Assembly: GCA_964593375.1 (NCBI GenBank)
Contig: CAZQIF010000004.1
Coordinates: 1-60,539, forward strand
Length of the DNA stretch: 60,539 nt
Source of the DNA: an uncultured Candidatus Saccharibacteria bacterium
GTDB lineage: Bacteria > Patescibacteriota > Minisyncoccia > Phycocordibacterales > UBA918
Direction of reading: 5' to 3'
Part shown: one piece after another, positions 54,557 to 60,539 of the stretch
Position numbering within the stretch: the stretch's first letter is position 1
Layout of the letters: every line of letters begins with the position of its first letter
Translations under genes and position numbers: made by a program
Notes under the pieces: model-generated
Told to the model about the DNA's origin: nothing
Seen by the model: the letters and a program-made list of their open reading frames with translations, nothing else
Databases searched by the model: none

Positions 54557-55273
54557 ATGAGCGAGTACCCAATGCGACTAAACAAATATCTAGCCCACGC
54601 GGGCTACGCAACACGCCGAAGCGCGGACGTGCTTATTGAAGCTGGCAAGGTGCTTGTAAATGGAAAGAAAGCCTACCTCGGACAAAAAGTTGATGAGGGC
54701 GACAAGGTAGAACTCAAAACAACCGATGCACCAAAGTTCCGATACATTCTCTACTACAAGCCAAAAGGCGTTATTACTCACTCCCCTGAGGAAGATGAAG
54801 TTGATATTGCATCGCGGATTATGAAGGACCACAACATCAGTGGTGTCTTCCCTGTTGGTCGTCTCGACAAAGGTTCAGAAGGACTCATTGTGCTCACCAA
54901 CGACGGCCGAATCACCGAGCGACTTCTTAGTCCCGAACTCAAACACGAAAAAGAATATGAAGTATCAGTCGACAAGAAAGTTTCAAATTGGTTTGTGCGC
55001 CACGTAGAAGACGGTGTTGATATTGAGGGATATATGACAAAGCCCGCAAAGGCTGTGGTACATCCGAAGAATGACCGCCTCGTAACCATTACCCTCACTG
55101 AAGGAAAGAAACACCAAATTCGTCGCATGTGTGCAGCACTCGGTTACCAAGTAACCTCACTCAAGCGTACACGCATCATGGATTTCACCCTTCGCAAACT
55201 GAAACCCGGACAATTCCACGAACTTGGAAAGTATGAGGTAGAAGATTTATATGAAAAGTTAGGACTTCGCTAA
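54557..55273 (+). CDS. rRNA pseudouridine synthase, RsuA/RluB/RluF family (S4 domain plus catalytic domain)
   Basis: MRLNKYLAHAGYATRRSADVLIEAGKVLVNGK (S4). Catalytic GRLDKGSEGLIVLTNDG. KHQIRRMCAALGY. Confidence 0.9.
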   Translation: MSEYPMRLNKYLAHAGYATRRSADVLIEAGKVLVNGKKAYLGQKVDEGDKVELKTTDAPKFRYILYYKPKGVITHSPEEDEVDIASRIMKDHNISGVFPVGRLDKGSEGLIVLTNDGRITERLLSPELKHEKEYEVSVDKKVSNWFVRHVEDGVDIEGYMTKPAKAVVHPKNDRLVTITLTEGKKHQIRRMCAALGYQVTSLKRTRIMDFTLRKLKPGQFHELGKYEVEDLYEKLGLR

Positions 55274-55280
55274 TCAAAAG

Positions 55281-55315
55281 AAAAACCCCACTGCAAGCAG
55301 TGGGGTTTTTCTTTT
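55281..55315. terminator. Bidirectional rho-independent terminator between convergent genes
   Basis: aaaaaccccactgc-aag-cagtggggtttttctttt: a 9-bp stem with an A-run on one side and a T-run on the other. Confidence 0.85.
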
Positions 55316-55322
55316 GGATGGC

Positions 55323-55526
55323 TTATGCGAGCTTAACGTTCACAGCAGCAAGTCCCTTGTCTCCCTCCTCAACATCGTAAGATACTGAGTCTCCTTCCTT
55401 GAGTGAGTCATATTGAAGACCCTCTACGAGTGAACGAGCGTGGAAGAAAAGATCCTTGTCGCCTCCTGCATCAGGAGTAATGAAGCCAAATCCTCGGTCA
55501 GTAAGACGCGCGATTTTTCCTGTCAT
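55323..55526 (-). CDS. Cold-shock protein (CspA family)
   Basis: 67 aa. GKIARLTDRGFGFITPDAGGDKDLFFHARSL carries the RNP1/RNP2-type motifs. A ~125-nt upstream untranslated region is typical of csp genes. Confidence 0.9.
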   Translation of the reverse strand: MTGKIARLTDRGFGFITPDAGGDKDLFFHARSLVEGLQYDSLKEGDSVSYDVEEGDKGLAAVNVKLA

Positions 55527-55652
55527 TTAAGTTTCTCTACTTCTTATTAAATAAACAAAACCGTTGTGCTACTGATCCGACTAGTCAGGCCCTTGTTTTG
55601 TGCGTGTATCTTACCACACACCTAGTATTTGTCTAGCAATACCGTGTATATT

Positions 55653-56567
55653 TTAGAGTGAATTCCTCATTTGAGCCCGTATTTCCTTGAGTTTTGGGTA
55701 ACTGTAGAAGAAGTTAATTTTGCTGTCTTTTTCATTTCTTCCTACACTTAGACCCCCAAGTACAAAGTATGTAAATGACTCAACAATATCCTCAAGTGGA
55801 CTCGTCGCCGCGTATTCACTCACAAAATCTGATTGGTGCGCATAATAATAATTTTGAATAACGCTGTTTCGAGAATTTCCGTATGACAGTGCCTCGACGG
55901 CATCTGCATGTGCGAGGTCGCGCACATTCCAAAAAGTCTGAACATAAGTATCAAACATATCCGGATACTCGTCGACAACCATGTGGCCGACTTCGTGAAT
56001 AAAAAGTTGGTCCATTTCTTGCCATGCGTTCCTCTCTGATAAATCAAGTTTGTATACATTCACTGCAAGTATCCACTTCCCTCGCTCAGTATCACGTTCA
56101 CTGAATGCGTCATACTCAGCATCGGCATCTGAGTAAATGCGAAACTCTTGGAGATAGGTTGAAACAAATGAAGAACCGACGAGAGTTACAAAGCGATTCC
56201 AGAGTTGTCGGTCAAGCGCACGATACTTAGTGCCATCAAGTGGAATGAGGCTTGTGCCGTTTGTTGCATAGAGTGCAAGGTAGTTGCCATCATAAAACTG
56301 TGACGGCATAAGTTCGTCAATCGAAGTTGAAGCTCCGAGGACTGAGCTTTTGCTCTCTGTAGCAGTTTGTGAAGCAAGCTGTGCTTGAAGCTGGTTCAGT
56401 TGCTTAGTGAGGAGCGAAATAAGTTCAATGAGTGAGTTTCGGTAAGCTTCTGCAGGTGAAACAGCCCGCGATTCTAGCGGAATGAGAAGCAATATAAAAC
56501 AGAGTAATAAAGCAACGGTCTTTTTCATTACTGTAGTATGCAACAGTTGCCTACAAATGGGTAGCAT
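55653..56567 (-). CDS. Secreted protein with HExxH zincin motif (putative metallopeptidase)
   Basis: Likely start is M14 at nt 56528 (MKKTVALLLCFILLLIPLESRA). Single motif LFIHEVGHMVVDEY. No further family assignment possible. Confidence 0.5.
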   Translation of the reverse strand: MLPICRQLLHTTVMKKTVALLLCFILLLIPLESRAVSPAEAYRNSLIELISLLTKQLNQLQAQLASQTATESKSSVLGASTSIDELMPSQFYDGNYLALYATNGTSLIPLDGTKYRALDRQLWNRFVTLVGSSFVSTYLQEFRIYSDADAEYDAFSERDTERGKWILAVNVYKLDLSERNAWQEMDQLFIHEVGHMVVDEYPDMFDTYVQTFWNVRDLAHADAVEALSYGNSRNSVIQNYYYAHQSDFVSEYAATSPLEDIVESFTYFVLGGLSVGRNEKDSKINFFYSYPKLKEIRAQMRNSL

Positions 56568-56598
56568 CTAGCAATTAGCATTCACAAAAACGTTGTCG

Positions 56599-57052
56599 TT
56601 CCGGCCCACGAGCCGGAATCCAGCAAAACGGAGGCCGGACCTCCGGAAGAATTTTCCGGAGGTCCGGCCTCCGTAAACTAAAAGCTAAGAGCTAATCGCT
56701 AAAGGCTAACAAAAGTGTACAACAGTACCTTTTGTGACGTTTTGTACCGTACAATAAACCCATACCCGAGTGCTCTCGGAGTTTTTATGAAATGGAGTCT
56801 TATAGATGAAACGCAGATAGATGCGGATAGCACGCGGAATGACGCGGAAGATTTGTCGTCATCACGAGCGAAGCGTGGTGATCCAGAAATTTCGTCTGTC
56901 ATCCCGGGCTTGACCCGGGATCCAGGAGTAACAACCACTGATGCTGGATTCCGGCTCGGGGGCCGGAATGACAACGAACCATCCGTCTTTGCGAACGAAG
57001 TGAAGCAATCCAGTGAAAATGCAGACAACGACTTAGGGGTCGGACCCCTAAG
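56599..57052. repeat. Array of GC-rich short-stem hairpins (REP-like) in a divergent intergenic region, running into the 5' end of the annotated ORF
   Basis: ttccggcc-cacg-agccggaa (56599..56618). A ~20-bp perfect palindrome cggaggccggacctccggaa..ttccggaggtccggcctccg (56629..56673). atcccggg-cttga-cccgggat (56901..56921). attccggc-tcgggg-gccggaat (56948..56969). cttagggg-tcgga-cccctaag (57032..57052). Confidence 0.85.
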
Positions 57053-59591
57053 TAAAGAACCTGCGCGAATCTCACTCCTTTCACATTTCACCTTCACGTT
57101 TTTGATTATTGCGATTGTTGCCGGCGCCCTAGCGGGCGCCGGCTGGTACTTCCGCGATGAGGTCAAGGCCGGCTTCGCGCGATACAACATGTCAGTCACT
57201 GAGCTTCAGAAGTACACCATTCGGACGTTGGATGATCCGGCGAATGGTGTCGGTCTGTACACTTCCATGGCCATCGGAAGCGACGGTTATCCGGTAATCG
57301 CTTATCTAGACAACACTGCCAAATCCCTCAAAATATACAAATGTTATGGTGCTACATGCTCGACAGGTACAGCCACAACACTCGATGACCCAGTAAACAA
57401 TGTGGGGTACTACACCTCCCTTGCCATCGGTAGCGACGGCTATCCAGTCATCAGCTACTACGACGCTACCGCTCAGTCACTCAAACTGTACAAATGCAAC
57501 GATGCTGCCTGTTCATCTGGTACTGCTTCAACTCTTGACGATCCCGTGAATGACGTCGGTGCTGATACCTCCCTTGCCATCGGTCGGGACGGTTATCCAG
57601 TCATCAGTTATCTAAACAACTTTGCCGGTACCCTCAAGTTCTACAAATGTAATAATGTTGCGTGCTCATCCGGCACTGCCTCAACACTTGATGACCCTGC
57701 TAACATCGTCGGCTTCGATACCTCTATCGCCATAGGTACAGACGGTTATCCGGTCATCAGCTACTCCGACGCTACTGCCCAGTCACTCAAACTGTACAAA
57801 TGTAATGACGTTGCGTGCTCATCAGGTACTGCATCCACACTCGATGACCCTGCTAACATTGTCGGCCGGGACACCTCGATTGACATCGGACATGATGGTT
57901 ATCCCGTCATCAGCCACTACGACAACACTGCCAAATCACTCAAGTTGTACAACTGCAATGACATTGCGTGCTCATCCGGCACAGCCTCAACACTTGATGA
58001 CCCGCCAAACCAAGTTGGTCAATACACCTCTCTCGCAATTGGCCGTGATGGCAACCCTGTCATCAGCTATACAGACGCTACTGCCCAGTCACTCAAACTG
58101 TACAAATGTAATGACGTTGCGTGTACTAGTGGTACCGCACTCACTATCGACGACCTTGTGAATAGCCTAGGCTATTACACCTCTCTCGCTATCGGTCGCG
58201 ACGGCTACCCCGTCATCTCGTACTACGACGCCACTGCACAATCCCTCAAATTCGCCTACGTCGGCAATCGAGTCACCATGAACACCTCACCAAAAACGAT
58301 TGAAACCGACGGGCTGGTGGGGTATTGGACGTTTGACGGACAAGACATCACCGGCACCTCAACCGTCCTCGACCGTTCTTCGTCCCACGCCACCGGCACC
58401 ATGGTCAACATGGCGACGTCTTCGCGGGTGATGGGAAAGTTTGGGCAGGGATTACAGTTTGATGGTGTGGATGATTACATCAACATGGGAACAAATATAG
58501 GCACACTAACTAAAAAAACAGTAACTGCTTGGGTTAAAGCGCGCGGTTGGGGAAGTGCCAGCAATGGGAACATCGTATGGCGTGGTGGGAGTGGTAATGT
58601 CTGGGCGTTTGATGAAATGAATGGGGCCCTGCGACTCTATCAGCAATTTTCCAATGTTCCACTTTGGGGAACAACCGCCACTCTGTCATTGGGCAAATGG
58701 TACTTTGTATCAGTCACATATGATAATTCTTCTACTAGTAATGTCCCCGTATTTTATATTAATGGCTCAACAACAACTTCTTCACTGTGGAGTTCTGCTC
58801 CATCAGGTTCTGCTACTAATGACAGTGGGTGGCAAACGAATATAGGGAGATTTAATCCAGCCGGTGGTCATTTCGACGGCACCATCGACGACGTCCGCAT
58901 TTACAACCGCGTACTCTCCGCAGATGAAATCAAAAACTTATACAACGCGGGAGCTGGGGTGAAGCAAGGGATTTGTGGAGAAGGTGGCGTGCGCGATGCA
59001 GACGGCAACGTCTACGGCATTGTGCAAATTGGCACCCAATGTTGGCTCGATAGGAATATGAACGTGGGGACACGTGTGAGTGGTTTTACAACACAGACCA
59101 ACAACGCAACAATTGAAAAATACTGCTACTCAGACACCGCATCAAACTGCACCGACAATCATCCGAAACGCCCCGACGGTGGTCTCTATCAATGGGATGA
59201 AGCAATGCAGTATGTAACAACGGAAGGTGCTCGCGGAATTTGCCCTGCTGGGTGGCATGTCCCGACTGATACTGAGTGGTATACGCTTGAAAATTATCTG
59301 AAGGCTTCCTCAACCGCATCATGTAGTGCAGCGCGCTCTGGAGGAAGTTGTTCGCCTGCAGGTACCAAACTTAAATCTGGTGGTGATACAAGTTTCGAAG
59401 GAAATTTGACTGGATACAGTGACGGGGCTGTTTTCAGCTCACGCGATTCAAGTGCTAGTTATAGATCGTCAAGTGAAAATGGTGGTAGCCCTTTACAAAG
59501 AACGCTGAGTTCAAGTAATGCAACAATTAGTCGTACGGGCGGCAACTCAGCCTTTGGTCTTCCTGTCCGATGCGTCAAGGACTCGAATTAG
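56715..59591 (+). CDS. Anchored extracellular protein: seven 51-aa Cys-pair repeats (propeller-like), a LamG/concanavalin-like domain, and a Fibrobacter succinogenes major paralogous (FISUMP) domain
   Basis: 958-aa ORF. The first ~95 codons overlie the hairpin array and translate to typical REP-derived text (VIPGLTRDPG, GFRLGGRNDN), so the true start is probably downstream. A candidate start is the in-frame GTG at 57000, ahead of TM FTFTFLIIAIVAGALAGAGWYF. Repeats: LDDP.N.VG.YTS[LI]AIG.DGYPVISY.D.TAQSLKLYKCND.ACSSGTAST. LamG: LQFDGVDDYINMG..WYFVSVTYD..FDGTIDDVRIYNRVLSADEI. FISUMP: DGNVYGIVQIGTQCWLDRNMNVG..GGLYQWDEA..CPAGWHVPTDTEW..FGLPVRCVKD. Confidence 0.8.
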   Translation: MYNSTFCDVLYRTINPYPSALGVFMKWSLIDETQIDADSTRNDAEDLSSSRAKRGDPEISSVIPGLTRDPGVTTTDAGFRLGGRNDNEPSVFANEVKQSSENADNDLGVGPLSKEPARISLLSHFTFTFLIIAIVAGALAGAGWYFRDEVKAGFARYNMSVTELQKYTIRTLDDPANGVGLYTSMAIGSDGYPVIAYLDNTAKSLKIYKCYGATCSTGTATTLDDPVNNVGYYTSLAIGSDGYPVISYYDATAQSLKLYKCNDAACSSGTASTLDDPVNDVGADTSLAIGRDGYPVISYLNNFAGTLKFYKCNNVACSSGTASTLDDPANIVGFDTSIAIGTDGYPVISYSDATAQSLKLYKCNDVACSSGTASTLDDPANIVGRDTSIDIGHDGYPVISHYDNTAKSLKLYNCNDIACSSGTASTLDDPPNQVGQYTSLAIGRDGNPVISYTDATAQSLKLYKCNDVACTSGTALTIDDLVNSLGYYTSLAIGRDGYPVISYYDATAQSLKFAYVGNRVTMNTSPKTIETDGLVGYWTFDGQDITGTSTVLDRSSSHATGTMVNMATSSRVMGKFGQGLQFDGVDDYINMGTNIGTLTKKTVTAWVKARGWGSASNGNIVWRGGSGNVWAFDEMNGALRLYQQFSNVPLWGTTATLSLGKWYFVSVTYDNSSTSNVPVFYINGSTTTSSLWSSAPSGSATNDSGWQTNIGRFNPAGGHFDGTIDDVRIYNRVLSADEIKNLYNAGAGVKQGICGEGGVRDADGNVYGIVQIGTQCWLDRNMNVGTRVSGFTTQTNNATIEKYCYSDTASNCTDNHPKRPDGGLYQWDEAMQYVTTEGARGICPAGWHVPTDTEWYTLENYLKASSTASCSAARSGGSCSPAGTKLKSGGDTSFEGNLTGYSDGAVFSSRDSSASYRSSSENGGSPLQRTLSSSNATISRTGGNSAFGLPVRCVKDSN

Positions 59592-59682
59592 TTAATTAGC
59601 TTTTAGCAATCAGCTCCTAGCATTTAGAAAAGACCCTGCATGCCGACTTACGATGTCGGGAGATATCCCAAATTTTTAAAGG

Positions 59683-59710
59683 TTGACAATTTATAAAAGA
59701 AGCGTATAAT
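59683..59710 (+). promoter_or_regulatory. Near-consensus sigma70 promoter upstream of 59809..60198
   Basis: TTGACA (59683..59688), a 16-nt spacer, then TATAAT (59705..59710). Confidence 0.6.
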
Positions 59711-59808
59711 CATTTTTAATCAAGTTCACCGCTTTAGAGCGGTTTTTTAAAACCTAATGACTCCGGCGCCTTTTCACGAAGTGAAAAGGCGCCGGTTTCA
59801 ATGAAACT

Positions 59809-60198
59809 ATGTATAAATCATTATTTATAGCGCTATCTCTCTATACCCTGTTTATTGGGAATCTTGCTATTTCTACCGTTTTTGCTGATGAAACCTATCT
59901 CGTTGGTCAGGTCACCTCATATTCTGAGGTTCGCTTCAACAATGAAAACTGGTACACACTTCCCCATCCAAAAGTAGCTGAATTCACCGTACGTGATGAC
60001 GGCAGTGCGTATGGTCTCACTGAAACCGGTGTCGAATTTGTACAATACAATGTTCCAAATGATATCGGCATTCGTGTCCAACGCTTTGAAATTCAAGATC
60101 ACTATCACTACATCGTCGAAGGAAATATTGTCGACACCTTTGAACAGTTTTCTGCCTTTCTCGCACAGGCATACACCGCGCGCATGAGTGCAGTGTAA
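59809..60198 (+). CDS. Small secreted protein, unknown function
   Basis: 129 aa. Signal LFIALSLYTLFIGNLAISTVFA. No recognisable family. Confidence 0.55.
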   Translation: MYKSLFIALSLYTLFIGNLAISTVFADETYLVGQVTSYSEVRFNNENWYTLPHPKVAEFTVRDDGSAYGLTETGVEFVQYNVPNDIGIRVQRFEIQDHYHYIVEGNIVDTFEQFSAFLAQAYTARMSAV

Positions 60199-60238
60199 TT
60201 ACCAGGTCTTGCCTGGTATACCAGGCAAGACCTGGTAA
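60199..60238 (+). terminator. 18-bp perfect palindrome immediately after the stop codon
   Basis: ttaccaggtcttgcctgg-tata-ccaggcaagacctggtaa starts 1 nt after the TAA at 60196..60198. The U-tract is weak. Confidence 0.55.
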
Positions 60239-60255
60239 TTGGTGACCTAACCTTC

Positions 60256-60297
60256 AAAACCCCCGTACCGCAATTAATCGCAGTACGGGGGTTTTGA
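60256..60297. terminator. Bidirectional rho-independent terminator
   Basis: aaaacccccgtac...gtacgggggtttt: a 9-bp GC-rich stem flanked by an A-run and a T-run, between convergent genes. A further hairpin ttagggg-ttta-acccctaa lies at 60313..60331. Confidence 0.7.
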
Positions 60298-60336
60298 TGT
60301 TTAGAATTTTACTTAGGGGTTTAACCCCTAAATAAA

Positions 60337-60539
60337 TTACCTACTCTTGAGGTATGCAAGCATCGTCTCTGCATCACTGACCTCAAATGGATCATCAGGG
60401 CAATTGTCCATGAATCCTTCTTCAGCAAATACTTTCTTAATTTCACCGTCCTCAACGTACATACTGTAGCGCCATGAGCGTTCACCGAATCCGAGATTGT
60501 CTTTCTTCACGAGCATCCCCATACCCTTGGTGAATTCTC
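60337..60539 (-). CDS. Peroxiredoxin, Prx5 subfamily; 5' end beyond the right window edge (partial)
   Basis: The reading frame is open to the window edge (..[66 protein letters not shown]). This is the typical C-terminal half of glutaredoxin-independent Prx5-type peroxiredoxins. Confidence 0.8.
   Translation of the reverse strand, partial: EFTKGMGMLVKKDNLGFGERSWRYSMYVEDGEIKKVFAEEGFMDNCPDDPFEVSDAETMLAYLKSR

Noticed and set aside
56699-57199. 166-aa minus-strand ORF overlapping the start of the 958-aa ORF.
   Set aside because: Its sequence (SFRPPSRNPASVVVTPGSRVKPGMTDE..) is the read-through of palindromic GC-rich hairpins. It is an artefact of the hairpin array.
1-60539. Alternative genetic code (UGA or UAA reassignment), prompted by the in-frame TAA at 31510..31512.
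   Set aside because: All other genes close on standard stops, TAA included, with sensible domain boundaries and tight spacing. Multi-kb ORFs are open under code 11. A single in-frame TAA does not justify recoding.
1-60539. Mobile genetic element or prophage origin of the island (tail-collar-like motifs, repeats, inverted repeats).
   Set aside because: No integrase, transposase, terminase, capsid or portal genes are present, and no flanking tRNA or att-like duplication was seen. The phage-like motifs are embedded in a membrane-anchored cellular protein.

Overview
The gene content fits a small-genome, monoderm-type bacterium, most likely Candidate Phyla Radiation/Patescibacteria, but that is inference only and cannot be verified here. 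Positions 1-51347 form one unbroken run of about 28 minus-strand genes. Nearly all encode signal-peptide or TM-anchored, T/S/G-rich extracellular proteins:
- four cohesin-domain proteins and three dockerin-bearing proteins;
- two giant ORFs (2151 and 4202 aa) in the same reading frame, separated by a single TAA;
- an FN3 protein and a MacB/FtsX-type ABC pair whose ATPase carries a long C-terminal extension;
- two loci pairing a DUF916-like anchored protein with a WxL/TasA-like beta-sandwich protein;
- two tandem membrane-anchored FGE/SUMF1-fold proteins, and an Hsp20;
- a CAP-domain gene followed by umuD, a cupin gene and umuC.

Positions 51.5-60.5 kb are mixed-strand. They carry housekeeping-type genes (HI0933-family flavoprotein, pseudouridine synthase, cold-shock protein, Prx5-type peroxiredoxin, HExxH protein). 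They also carry a 958-aa protein made of seven 51-aa Cys-pair repeats, a LamG domain and a Fibrobacter-type paralogous domain.

I saw no rRNA, tRNA, CRISPR array, transposase, integrase or reverse transcriptase.

The intergenic DNA is unusually structured. It holds four kinds of element:
- a ~300-nt repeat family with a 79/80-identical core containing a sigma70-like promoter;
- a ~120-nt long-hairpin family that abuts stop codons;
- A/T-armed palindromes;
- a GC-rich hairpin array.

The best candidate for a new system is the 51-kb surface island itself. I read it as a non-cellulolytic cohesin-dockerin scaffold combined with giant adhesin-like proteins and Csc-like surface modules, plausibly a host- or partner-attachment apparatus. 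All domain calls come from motif recognition by eye, not from database searches.
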